From Nageia nagi (taxonomy: Eukaryota; Plantae; Pinophyta), in NCBI GenBank assembly GCA_050084985.1, contig JBITNC010000001.1, positions 41,416,001 to 41,480,000 of the forward strand: a stretch of DNA of 64,000 nt, written 5' to 3'. The position numbers and the translations under genes are program-made. Positions 25,501 through 39,500 of this stretch are shown here, piece after piece (position 1 is the stretch's first letter; every line of letters starts with the position of its first letter). Under the pieces are notes generated by a model. That model had not been told where the DNA came from. It searched no databases and saw only the letters and a list, made by a program, of their open reading frames with translations.

Positions 25501-28500
25501 GTTCTAGTAACAAATTGATTAAAGGGAACCAAAGTGAGAGTGAAGATAGTAGCCCCTTAAAACAAAAGTATAGATCTTAGAGGACTACTCAATTTTAGCC
25601 AATTTAGAGGGGATAAAAAATATTGACCAAAAAGTGAAGCACTAGTTTAGCATGTAAGTAAATGGATTAGGAAGGTTGTGTCGAAGCAAAGTTGATAAGA
25701 CTCTTCAAATGATGTCTAATTGAAAGGAAGAAGAACATGATCTTGTAAAGGGAACATTTAATGTTTCAAGCCTACAAGGAGTGATGATACCTCACATCAA
25801 TCATTTTAGTCATAATTACTCAAACCAAAGATAAAGCAAAGGAGGAAGTACAACAACGTTCAAGATTTTCATGAAGGCAGCTATTTCATAGATTGATGCC
25901 CAATGGGAATAGAGCAAGTGGTAAGGGGACTTTAATTATGATTCAAGACTACAAAAAGGTCATCAAGAATGGGGTGATCATCGAGCCACACAAAGGTGAA
26001 GCAAGTTTCTTTGTTGTAATAAGGAACTGCATCAAGAGCCTAAGAGAGATCCAGATGATATGGGAGGCAAGCTAGTTCACATCGAGCCCACTTCCCTAGT
26101 AGAAACCCAACAAAATGTAGTGGTATAGAGAATTTTATGTGCATGAGGTATAAAGGTTTTTTATTGAATCTTGTAGGGGTTTTGATAATCAACTTTCAGT
26201 GGAGGTAGTGGATTCTTGGAATGAAGGAAATTGCAGGGTTAAGGACCTTGAATTCTCCTTCACAAGAGAGACTATAGTGAAGGACCATAAATTCGAAGAG
26301 AAGGGAAGATTAACAAATTGATAGCTAGAAATAAGTTCCAACAATCTCTGAGAAAGGGTCAAGTTCTTATTCCCTACCAAACACGCATTGAAAGGATGAG
26401 TCTTCCTCCACCTTGGGATGAAGTTTTAGAGTTCTCATGAGATATGTGTCACTCGAAGGAAGGCATAAGATAGGACGAGCTCACCATTTCATATGGTTGA
26501 ACCACTTTAAGTTCTTAGATACAAATAAGGCAAATTTTCCATTTTTCATCTTAAATTCTATGGAAATTTCAATACGGAAGTTCAAAAAAAAATTTAATTA
26601 AGTTTCCTCTCCATGAGTCTGTAATAAAGTTAGTGTATGATAGAGCTTTGGTTAATCAACCTACTGGGAGCCCTAGAGTCAGAATTAGGGTTGGAGGGGA
26701 TATTATAGCACCTAGGGAACCGATGAGACCTAGGATAGTGATTGCAAAAGAAGAGGAGAAAACCCCTTCGAAAAGATTTTTTCTAAAAAAGATAGCCAAG
26801 AGGAAAATATAGACTAATGTAGGTGTAAGTAGTAGCTCAAAGATTGGGACCAATGGCTAGGGAAAGTCGATCTTGGTCAAAGCTCAACAATGCAATGGAA
26901 TGAAGCATTAGAGGTAAAGGTCAATGAAGTGCATCAAGAGGAAAAACAAACCAACATCTCCACAACAATGAAGAGTGATACCCTCATAGAAAAATCATTA
27001 GGGATAGAGAAAGAGAAACAACATGATGTCGAGTCTACACTAGAAAGTGAAGTGTTGGAGCAGGAAGGTATTAAGGAATCCACATATGAGAATAGAGAAG
27101 TCCATAGAGAAACTTAGGCGGGGAGGGTAAATAAGGGTATGTAGAGTGAAGCAAAGATAGATGATCAAGAAACCTCTAAGAAAAAAAAGGAAAAATGCAC
27201 AAAAGATACCCTACAACCAGCAAAGGAAAGGAAATTAATGGGAGTCATATATACAAGGACTAGAGGCAAGAAGAAAGAGATGCAAGTAGGGAGAGAAGGG
27301 CAAGGTCAAATAGAAACTATATATTTAGATGACCTTGGCCTGCCTAAGGAATCCTAGCTGGAAACAAGAGAGGTGCAAAAAGGAACAAAAGGGGGAAAAT
27401 CAGATTTGAAGGACAACTCCAAAGAGGAGCAAAAAGATGAAGCACTAATACCAATAGATGTTATATTTCATCCTTTGGGAAGCAACAGGAGACCCAAAGG
27501 GATTCCAGTGAGGATGCCTAGAAAAACAGAGGCCCATAATAGAATGCTTGCAGAGGCAATGCTACAGAAGGGCGAGGCAAGTCCAATCTTTGATGAGATA
27601 GGAGACAATCCTGAGTTTTGAGCTCTCCTACTCAAGAAAATTTATAACAAATATTTCAAATATGAGTACACCAAGCTGAACTTCATCTTCCCCAAGGACC
27701 AAAAAGATCACATACTCCAACTTGGAGAGGGACTGGGTAAGAATATTTAGCATAAGTCCAGAATTGAGACCTCTTCTCTCTTTCAAAATGAGTTGTAGTC
27801 CTTTAAGAACTATAATACTTTGTGAATGGGGAGGAAGCATTAGTAAATAGTTAATATGCAGTTGCAAAAGAGTCTATATACCGAGAGGAGAGTGAAGCAT
27901 AGAAAAGTTAATTGGAACGGGCGGAGTTTTGATACTCTGATACACTAAGGAGTACAAGAGGTAAATAGTCTACAGTCTTTTATGGATCCTTTCACTCTAG
28001 TTCTCTATACAAATGTAGTGCAGCAGAAGAGTGAAGCAGTGTTGCATTGTTAGATAGCTTAATGTGTTTCTCAACGAATAAAAGGTCTATGAACGAAAAG
28101 GAAGAGAAATAAATAGGAGTACAACTAATTTTACAGTGATCTCTGATACTAGAAAGACAAAGGTCTCCCATTTTTGAAGCCCAGGGTTGTCATTTTCATA
28201 TGTCAGTTCCAAAGAAATTTGTTTTAAAATGTTTTGTTTATGCAAAAAGGGAGAGTGAAGCAGGGTAAGAAAAGCAGTTGGTGAATGTAGCGGATAGTAT
28301 AGAATATAATGGAGAATGCAATAGAATTAATAAATATTGAAATACAATTGTTTGAAGACAATTGATGTATATAAAGATCTTAGGTCACAAAGAAGAGAAC
28401 AATATTGTTTATGTTCAGCATTTCTGCTTACAAAATAAGAAAGACCTTTGTACAGGTTTGAAGTTTCTTTCAAAAACTTCACTTTTTTTATTAATACAGA

Positions 28501-28531
28501 ATTTACCTCTTATTAATTTAAAAAAAAAAAA
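22575..28531 (+). mobile_element. LINE-A: 5'-truncated L1-type LINE (ORF2 RT + zf-RVT) with an extra 3' ORF and poly(A)
   Basis: Motifs FKFKFMWM, EGDRNT, RT WNATFLVLVPK...KLDMKKAYDRANW, GDPISPYLF, and zinc finger CNFCYEEEET*DHIFIYC (about 25043). 3' tail TTGTACAGGTTTG...TTAATTT followed by an A-run at 28520-28531. Confidence 0.85.
26060..28177 (+). pseudogene. LINE-A ORF3 (PMD/Transposase_32-like N-terminus plus E/K-rich linker), degenerate; end approximate
   Basis: Reads MGGKLVHIEPTSL...GFDNQLSVEVVDSWNEGNCRVKDLEFSFTRETI...LPPPWDEVL..LMRYVSLEGRHK...HHFIWLNHF...NFPFFILNSMEISI. Homologous by eye to 58519..59701. Confidence 0.65.
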
Positions 28532-28544
28532 GAATACCATAAAA

Positions 28545-29066
28545 GAAACAAATTGCTAAGGCCAAGCCAAAGGTAAGTGAATATTAAAATTGTTTTACTT
28601 CAAGGTTGAAAGAGCAACATGAGTGTCAAAGTGGAAGTTTAATCAAGAAAAGAGCAACATCCTCCTGCCTCTCAGCTGGATTCAAACCATCAAAAACTGT
28701 TTAATTATTCTTTTTATTGGCAAGGATAAACATAGTTTCATTATATGCAACTGCAAGTTATGCAAGAGAAGAAACGCTCCAAAGATTGAGGCCTATAACA
28801 ACTCTAACATTGCAAAGGAAGGAACAAGAATAGCATAGAAGAAACAAATTGCTAAGCCCAAGGCAAAGGCAAGTGAATATCAATTTTTTTTTACTTCAAG
28901 GTTGAAAGAGCAACGTGAGCATCAAAGTGAAAGTTTGGTCAAGAAAAGAACAACATCCTCCTGCCTCTCAGCTGGATTCAAACCATCAACAGCTGTTTAA
29001 TTATTCTCTTTATTGACAAGGATAAACATAGTTTCATTATATGCAACTGCAAGTTATGCAAGAGAA
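28545..29066 (+). repeat. About 226-bp direct duplication, period 296 bp
   Basis: GAAACAAATTGCTAAG...GTTATGCAAGAGAA at 28545-28770 and 28841-29066. Confidence 0.9.
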
Positions 29067-30017
29067 CCAAACATTCATTCCTAGTTTTAATATAAATTCA
29101 GTTTTGGTTAAATGATGGAAGAACCAATTTTGGAGTATTTAATATAAAGTTTAGGAACAGTGGTCATGAAATTTAGGTTTACTGTTAGTTATTGTTTGGA
29201 GGTTTTAACAAACATCATATTATTGTGTTTGTTCTGGTTATAAAATTGTATTTAAATGATTTATTTTTATTGGGTAGTGTGAATGATTGTGGTTAATTGT
29301 CCTTGGAAGTATTCTTGTTTTTCTTGAATTATCTATGCATTGTTTAATATTTTTTTATATGAGAAACAATCATTCAAATACTTAATTTATATATACTTAC
29401 TCATGGACAAACTATGGATCCGTTCTTTAGTAGTAGGTTGCGTAGATCTTTTTATGCAATCTCTTTATATTTTGGGTCTGGCCTGATGAATTAGATGTCA
29501 GTTATATTTACAGAAGAAATATAAAGTAGACTTCAGTAACCTGCTCCAAGTAATTCTTAAACCAAGACAACCAAAACAAGCTTGGCAATTTTATTACACA
29601 GCTTAATTATATGAGAAACAATCATTCAAATACTTTACTGATATATTTTTATTCTTTTCTTATCTGGACAAATTTTGATAGATCCTACAACCCTCGGGTT
29701 TAAAAGGATGGTAAAAGACACATCTTATTATCTTATAGAGATTTGTCTATCTGTAACAAATACTTTTAGAAATGATCAAAGTACATTCAAGAATGAAAAT
29801 CAATGACACAGAATCAGAGCATAAAACAAGACAAAATGCAAAACCATATATCTATCACCTATACCAACCAAATCTTAGATTACAAAAGAACCACAATTGT
29901 TAGGGAATCAATGATGGAGAACAAAGCAAGAATAAAGCAATAACAAATTTGACAATTAGGCATACTGTACATGGGCTCTACGTTGGAGTGTCCTATATAC
30001 AAGACTAACTCCTGAAG

Positions 30018-30513
30018 TTAGGCATACTTTACATGGGCTTTCCAAGGAATGTGTCTTAACCACCAGACTAGTAGCCGAAGGAACTTAGAGCGCTTTTTTT
30101 GCCAAAACCAGATTGCAGCATTATATTGATCATTACGTACTTTCTTTGTAGCAGCCCTCCAATCATGCTTCTCAACTTCTTCTCGCCCAGCCTTACCGAC
30201 CTTCAGACTTATCTCAGGAGAACTGAGTAGTAATTTAACTTTACTCAAACAGTCATCAATGTCCCCAGGATTGAAAAGAAAGCCTGTCTTTCCCTCTTCT
30301 TCAGGGGATATAACGTCAGGAATTCCACCTGCTCGTGCTGCAACAACAGGAACCCCGGAAGACATAGCTTCTAGAACAACAAAGCCTAAGGTTTCTGATT
30401 CTGAAGGAGTTACAAAGATATCCCCACTAGCATATGCCTGAGAAAGTTCCTCTCCGTGCAGCATACCAGTAAACACAACAGGCATGCCCACAAACATTTC
30501 TTCAAGTTCCTTC
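30018..30513 (-). CDS. SQD2: SQD2 last coding exon
   Basis: TAG acceptor at 30514-30516; KELEEMFVGMPVVFTG...KAHVKYA then TAA. Confidence 0.95.
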
Positions 30514-33500
30514 CTATATCAAAAGCCCAAATACTTCTTACTTTAGTGTCTAGTTCAACCATCAATAAAGAAGCATTTGGAATTTATATTCATATCCTTT
30601 GCCCCAGTGTAATCATTTTTCTTACCTATATGGCCCATCTCCTATAAAAGCAAGTCGCACTTCAGGTAGTTTGTCCATGAATCTACATAAGAAAAACAGC
30701 TGGTAAGTAGACTTGAAACCATATCATGCTATCATAAAAAAATTTGTCACTAAAACATGTGAATCGGCTTGTACATTCATTTTCTTCTAAGATTTGCTAA
30801 TTGAAAATGAAGAGAAGCTGCAAGTTTTTGTACATCCATATTTTTTCTTTGAGAAGATGCAAATCGTTTATATTAAACTTACATAACCTTAAGAATATTG
30901 CAACAAAACATGACAAAAACTTGTGAATTTATAGTGAAAAGGGTTTGCCTAGATTTCTGAACTTCTAAATGAGAATGTCTTTTTCCATATTTCTGTAACA
31001 TATACATGACTTTGTTTATACAATGAATACTTACATTTTGAAAAAACTCAAATTTTTCTCAACTCCAAGGCGTCCCACATGTATAATCAGTGGCTTCTGT
31101 GGTTCACCATTCCTGTCATAATTTAAGAAGCATTTGTAAATCCCAGCTTATTTTATCACTCCTAACAATTTACAGGCTTAGACAGATAGTGCACTACATC
31201 CAACTAGGATGATTGGAGATGATAACATACGTAAGATGAATTCTCATTTTGTCACTTCTATAATTGGGATGAAAACTCTCAGAATCAACACCCTTGTGCC
31301 ATAGGCGGATCTTGTATGCTACAAAAAAAATCAGAAAATGAGCTTATGGAAATTTCTAGTTAGCCAAGAACTGAAGCTTTACCCCAGTCAATAGTCCTGT
31401 CCATTCATGGAGACAAGTTTTACTACTGGTTGCAAGTCAACAAACATTATATGAAAACCAACATTTGAAGAGCGCTTACATATAGATGATGATTTACTCA
31501 CCTGCAGCTACTCTTGCAGCTTCAAGTTCCTTAGCAACAACAGTTGATGTAACTAGCGTGAGGTCAGCAGCTCTGTGCAGCAATTCTACAAATATTCCAT
31601 TTGCATATCAGATTGATGCATAATCAAAGTAAAATTTGAATTGCAATTTTATGAATAATAAATTGTGAAACAAAGGCACACTCACTGATTATTAACCACA
31701 TGGGCTTGACAAGCCAGCTGAATGTGTATTTAGGAATGTATCTGCATCCAACAACATAAAAGACAATAACAATCAAAACCAGCATTTTATATTTTATTTT
31801 AATAATTCTACCTTTCAAAGCAATAACAATTCCTTTCAGTAAAATCAAAATATAGTAATTTATGAGGTTTAGTGACTGCAGGAATTCATTGACATTATAA
31901 CCAAAATAGATAACATATCAAGCATGTTGCAAAACAGTCTTTTGGATTTATAGCAGAATAAACTTTTTTTCACGATACAAATTCAGCCTCCAACCCTGTA
32001 GAATCATGCATAAAACTTTTTACATCAGCTGCACATCCAATCAGCAGCACCCGTTACAAAACTAGCTTGTGTTTTAGTAGCTTATGTTTCAATTTGTTGG
32101 CAGTATTCCTTGATTGGTGGAAGCACTACTGTATATATGCTTTCAACTGTAACATAAAAATGAAGCACATGTTACCTCCCTATGTATTCTGTAATTCCAG
32201 GATAGAAGTCCTGCTACTACATGCTTCTGCTGCATGTAAATTGCTATTCACTTTTCCAATGTTGTTTCTAATTTGTTCGTGTAGAATGAAGCCAGACAAT
32301 TCTTAACATGGCATCAGAGCCATGTTAAACTTGGATGGAATTAGCTGCTAGAAAAGCACATTTACCGGACTAACGAAATACACAAATTATGCTGCAAACA
32401 ACCCTTGTGAAGCCGAGCACATTGCAGACAAAGATGAGACGATTGCAAAAGAATTCATACATTTAGTACTAGCGCAGCAACTTTGATCACCAGGTGATGG
32501 TTCTCTTCAGCAAATTGGATAAATTGCAAAGAAGTTCAAACGAGTAGACCTACAGTGATTATATTGCCAAAGTACTGCAGTGGAGACTCTAGAAACTTAT
32601 CCTCATCATTATTTCTCCTTCACAATTAACAGTAATAAGCAAGAAATCTCTGTTACAGGCCCACTCTATGTCACATGTCATCAACATTCGTAAGGCAATA
32701 TATGGGTGAACAAATGTCAGTCACTATTGCAAGGAAGGGAATAAATGTTATGTTATATGAAAGGGAATATATGTGTAAGAAAATAAAGGATGTAAAGGAA
32801 TATAAAACACAAGGAAAGGTGTGTAAGAAAATAAAGCTACCTTAAATTATTTTTCTTATATAGGGCCATGAACACAAGCCATGAGTTAGCTTGTAATTTA
32901 TATTGATTTTATATCGCCTATTACTGTTATTATCATTTTTTTATACGATGTTCAACTTCTATTTTTTATTATATCACTCTAATATTATTTCTGCTAATTA
33001 TCATTGCCTTCTATGCTAGAATTCTTTTCACAGCTGAGTTCCTATTGTCCATAAAAGCCTTTTCTTCCAGGCTTCCACGGTGAATACACCAATCAGAAGA
33101 CAAAATCCCCAGATCTTGGAGGTTTCAGAACTGATAATTTAGTGGTCTTTAAGGTTCACCATAAGTTGCACCAAAACTCTTTTCCAAGGCTTGAATTTAT
33201 GTAAAAAACTTCTTTTCTTAACCACTTTCAATTCGCTTTCTTTATTTTTTCTTTCCTTTTTACATAATAGTAGGTTAGAAACCATATGTTAGATGCTTTG
33301 AAATTTCATGGAGGATTTGTCATTATTGGCTAAAAAAACCAGCCTATAAAGTTGTGTGAAGTGAGATGAGAATAACTACACAACAATACCTTGGCCTCAA
33401 ACAAAACCTGTAAACAATTATGATCTCTCACATACTTTGCATGTATCGGAGACCACATAAGAAGTTTTATTGAAACCTAGCCATATAAAGCTTGTCGGCC

Positions 33501-36500
33501 TTATAACTTTTGCAGTGCACCAAAAACAGCATCCAGGAAGATCATCCTTGCATACCTAAGAAATAATTGATAATATGATTAGGAGTAGAAAACTCTTCCT
33601 CCTTGGCTAGTGCTATTTAATATTAGGTTGAGGACTATTAACTGATTTCCACATATATTAGAGGGCTGCAAAAAAAATGCATACTCCTATACCAAGCAGC
33701 ACCCAACTAACCCTATTTGATCTTTTTGTGTGAACTTATAAAGTAGCGGAGGATGAAAAAAGTAGCCAGAGTATATAAGTCAGAAAATCATTTATTAGTG
33801 ATCTAGGCCAACGTGATACTCTCAAGCAGCCAATCATTTTGATACAAGGCTATGTTAGCTTTTTTCAAAGAACCAAAAATGCCTTACGGAAGACCTAGCC
33901 GATCACAATCCTCTCGACAAGACAATCATTCTAGTATAAGTCACCAATATCCTTTTTTGGACCAAAAAAATTCAAGATAGGCTGATAATCTATCTCAAGT
34001 CACCACCGTCAATGATAAACTAACTTGCATAGTTGATATGATCAACAACTATACAGTTGCCAAGGACAATTTGGTAGATGAAGTGTCTATCATCAAGAAA
34101 TAAATGATTACGAAATGGTAACCAATTGAAGAGTATGGGGGAAACAATAATTCTGCTAGCAAAAATTCCTCAACAAATTTAGCTAGGTTGCCAAAGATAG
34201 ATTTTCTAAGATTTGATGGCACAAACCCTCAAAGCCAGGTAACTAAAGGTGGGTTGTAAAAAGTGGAATCGGATTAGAATCGTTTTTTGTTATGGGAATC
34301 GGAAATCAGAAAAAAAATTGACAAAATCAAAAACAGGGAAAAATGAAAAAAATGGAAAAATGTAAAAATCGGGAATCAGGATCGGAATCAGGCAAAAATC
34401 GGAAATGTAAGATTCTGCTTCAAATCAAATCATTTTTTGGGAATTGGAATCAGAAATCAGTATTTTTGAAGATTTTGATAACAAATCAACTAAGCTGCAG
34501 GAAACTTGTAAAACAATTGTGTACCCATTTTGAAAACCTCCGAAAATTTGGACAAAACTCGGAAACTTGAAAAGCCTCATCTATAAAGGCTTATTGTGGA
34601 TTTTGCATCATGTAATCATCTATGGGAGTTAATATAGACATGGTTTTCCTTCTAAAATGTTATTTATGTGTATCGTCTTATTTTTTGCTATTAATGTGGT
34701 ATTTAAAATTAATATAAAAACATTTCAACATTTCCCAACGTACCAATTTTGGAGGGGTCACGTTTCTAGGCATTCCCATTTTGGAAATGCTTCCACGTTT
34801 TGTGCAACTTAGCAAATCAATAATTATTTGAACACCACCAAAGTCACTATGAACACCTCGCACGGTTGAAACCAAGTAAATTCAAGGACTGCACTAGTGG
34901 TTTGACCAAATTACACCAAATGAGTATTGTGAAAGACTACCCACAATAAGTCTACCAGATAGCTTCTTCAAGAGTTGCTTCATATATATATATATATAAC
35001 ACATTTCCCCAACATACCCATTTTGGAGGGGTCACGTTTCTAGGCATTCCCATTGTGGAAATGCTTCCATGTTTTGTGCAACTTAGCAAATCAATAATTA
35101 TTTGAACACCACCAAAGTCACTATGAACACCTCACACGGTTGAAACCAAGTAAATTCAAGGACTGCACTGGTGGTTTGACCAAATTACACCAAATGAGTA
35201 TTGTTAAAGACTACCCACAATAAGTCTACCAGATAGCTTCTTCAAGAGTTGCTTCGTCACCAATCTTCGAGAAGATATCAATGTTGAGATGCAGCTTTTG
35301 AATCCCGACCCCTAAGATGAAGGTAGAAGGCCTAGTCAAGCCCATAGAAGGAAAGTGCAATGTTCAACGAAAAACCAACCGTTCACTACCCTTTCACAAC
35401 AAGCTTGCACAACCCTTTTTAGTTGCACCTAAAGCACCAGTAGTAAAGTGATTACCAACTAAAGAAATGGTAGCACAAAGGACTAAGAGACTTTCATACA
35501 ATTGTGGGTCACAAATGCAAGGAACAACAACTATATTTAGTCGATGTGTAAGCTAGCCCTCCATTTGAACCATGACAAAATTACCATATAATCTAAAGTA
35601 GAACAAGAATCTCTCAACCAAATAACAAAACAACCATCCATAGAGGATGCCTTTGAGATTTCTATACATGCTTTGGTAGGAATCATGTCTTTGTGAACTA
35701 TGAAGATTGCTAGCTACATCAAAGAGCACAAGGTGCTCGCGTTATTAGATTCAAAGAGTGTAAAAAGTTCATGGACCTTGGATTATCAATGAAGACTGAT
35801 TGTTTTGTTCATGGCAATAATAAATTTCAAGTCATCAGAGTAAATGGTGCAAAAATGCATTGTGGATGCAAATGTCACGATGTTCGCCTCAACATGGGGC
35901 CTATTAGCTATCGAACTTATATGCCCTTTAGTAGGGGGAATGTGACTTGGTTGTAGGCTGTTAATGGTTGATAACCTTTGGTCTAATATTGTAGGATTTG
36001 TCTGAACTATGGATGCAATTTACAATTGAAGGTAAATCTCATACTCTTAACAAGCTACAAGTAGAGTACCTGTAGATAGTCTCATCACACCAAATAAAGA
36101 AACTTGTAAAGAAAGGTGATCATGGAGTGGTGGCACACTTTAAGCAGAAATGCAAACTATCCTCGCAAATAATGACAAGTTACTTGCTAAGCTAACTAAG
36201 CTACCCTTGATCAAGGAATAGGACTACCAAATTTGCTTGATTTCATGAAACCTCCCACTAAACATCAAGCCCTATGGATACCCATATAACCAAAATAATG
36301 AGATTGAGAAGATGGTCAAGGAATTCTTGGGTATCAAGTGTATGCAACCCAAAATCAGCCCCTTCAACACTTGGCCTTATCACTTGGAAAAAATGATGGA
36401 TCTTGGAGGATGTGTATGGACTTTCGTTTAGATTGCCACCAAATCCACATGAGCAAGGATGCCATTCCTAAAACAACCATTTGAACACATGAAGATCATT

Positions 36501-39500
36501 ATGAGTTTTGTATCATATCGTTCAACCTTACTAATGTATCCTCTTCCTTCCAAAGCTTAATGAATCATGTCTTGAGCCCTATCTTCAAATATTTGTGTTG
36601 GTATTGATTATGATACCCTAACTTACAACAAATCTTGGAGGGACCATATACAACACCTTAAAATCAAATTACAGTTACTCCAAGTACACTATCTCTATGT
36701 CAAGAGATTCAAGTGCATTTTTGGGTGCAAATAGTCAAATAAATAGGGGCACATTGTCTCCGAGCAAGATCTACAGGTTATTTCAAAGAAGATAATAACA
36801 ATAAAGGAATCGCCAAGATCCCCCACCTTAATAAGCCTACGGGATTTTTTGGATTTCATGGGCTACTACTGCATGTTTGTTAATTACTATAGCAAAATTG
36901 ATGTTCCCTCACTACCATGTTGAAAAAAAATCATTTACTTAGATGGAAATGACTTAATAAGCATTAGATCAATTGAAGCTCACCATGTTCACCACACTAG
37001 TGCTCCTTATGCATAACTTCACCAAAACATTTTTCATTGAGACTAAAGCATGTTGGTGGCATTGGCTCTATGCTTTGATAGGCAAGAACCTTGCCAAATC
37101 AACTTATGAAAAGAAAATGCTAGCAAACATCTAGGTAGTCATTCATTGGTGCCCACAACTCTTAAGAAGGTATTTCCAAATCAAAACTAACCATCATAGC
37201 CTAAAGTATTTTGTGGAATAGTGAATCTCCTCTCCAAACCAATAGAAGTGGGTTACCAAACTTATTGCCTATAATTATGAGATCACTTACCACAAAGGTA
37301 AGGAGAACATGGTTGTAGACACCCCCTTTCATCTACCTGATCCCATTTTCATTAATATGTTGTAGCAAGAGCTGTTCAAATAGCTAGGTATCATCTAAAA
37401 GCATTGTCACATATCACTTACAAGCATATGGTCAAACTAAAGCCATCAACAAGTTTCTAAAAACCTAACTTAGGTGCTTTGCTTATAATGGCTCCCTCTT
37501 GTTGAATGGTGGTACAACATTGTGTTATACCTACTTGTCAGCTCCAAGGTAGAGGCAATGGATACTGCTTTTACCACTCACACAAACATTCTCCAACCCC
37601 TAAAATTTGGCCATGACACATAACAAGATGAAACAGTAAGCTGACCAACAAAAGTCTCAAACATTTTGAAAATATTAAGTGATGGATATGGCTTTCCTTT
37701 GGCTTTAGCCCTACAAGCAGATATTGTTGAAACTAAAACTTTCTCCTAATTTTTATGGGCTCTGTGAATCCACTTAACAAATTCATGAGGTCACTTAAAA
37801 CTTGGAGTTACCATCCAAGTCCAAGATGAATCAAGCATTCCACATATAATGTCTAAAAAAGGTAACTGGTAACAATGCTCGCACCTAGATAGTACTCCTA
37901 AAACTAGACGAGGAAGGTTTTGTTGTGCCCGCACAACACACCCTAAGATGCAGCATTTTGGGGATTCTACTTTTTTAAAAGGCAATGGACGACATTGCTT
38001 GAAGATGACTAGATGACGGCCAGAGTGAAGAATCAAAGTGGCCAGGTGATGAAGCAGTACATGCAAGTACCCCCAGAGGCACCAAGGCAGTTCAATGCGT
38101 CTAGCGGCCATTCATGGCCCAATTTCAAGCAACATCAAGTAGGATGCAGTTTTGGATCATGGCAGCGACCAGGAAGGGAGCTTTTCACAAAGTGGCCAAC
38201 AAGGCGAAAAAGGCGTGTTTTTGTAGCATTCAAGTGCAAAAGTGTCAAGTTGACAAAAAGGCACGTTTTTGCAGAGACTCAACTCATAGGCGCTTAGCGC
38301 AACATAAAGGTGTGTTTTTACATAATTTAGGCACAAAGGCATCCAGGTGACAAAAATGAGCGTTTTTGTCAACTTTGAGTCCGAGTGCCTTCAAAATGAC
38401 AAGGATGACAAAAATGGACATTTTTGTAAAAAGTTGACCCCGGAGAGCTAAAAAAGGGAAAGTAAGTTAATAAAGGGAATGGAACTATAAATTAAACAAT
38501 TCTAAACTCTCAAGATCATATGTAAGCTCACAAATCACATCTAAATAACTCACAAAGCAATCTCACAAAGATAACTCAAGATGTAAGTGGTCCCTCCAAT
38601 TAAGAGTACATCCACTAACTAAATCTCACTTCATCCACAATATGAACTCTTACAATTCTCCTAATCTTATCTCCTAAACACTATCCTATAGCATAACTTT
38701 ACTTCACAAATTGGTGTATGATCCAAAGAGGAAGCCTTCTATTTATAGGCCAAAATCCCTCTTGGATCACCCTTTTACCCAATATACAAAAGCATGGCAT
38801 GCACATCCTTTTACCCAACGGGCATGCTCATGACATCGAGTGTAGGACAAGTTACATTATCATATTCACTTAAATACTTAAGGTATCAAATGATACCCTT
38901 AAGTATTAGTGAACTTACATAGAAGATTATTACAAAACCTTTACAATAATGCATTATACATTCCAACACTCCCCCTTAATGCAATATTGGGATACAACAA
39001 ATAAGAGAGAAGAAAGAAAGAAAGTAAGAGAGCTCTCCTCCAAACATATACAACGAAGATGAGAACTTTTTACATATTTGTGAAGTAAGAAAAATCTAAT
39101 TTGAGACTCACTACTTTGCCAAATACAATCATTAATCACAACTGGTTTCAATTTACATAAAGTAGTCATCCAACTGGAAGTCATGAAGAGTCTCCAAGAG
39201 CCTACATACCCGAAGGGAGTAACCTGCAATGTCTAAGGATCCTGCAAGTCATAAGCAACTCAAATAATAAAATCAATTAGATGCAAATATTCATATCAAT
39301 AAGGATAGGTGAATCAAACAAATGCCATCATAAACTGATCAATGGTGCACTATAAGTCATCACGAAGATGCCAAGCCAAAAAACTCATAGTCATCTGTTG
39401 TATATAAAACATGTGTTGATTATCATTACAAAATAGAGCATGCACATACGAGTTCCTCACATATAGATAACTGAACAGTGCCAAAAGACACGAGATTCTC

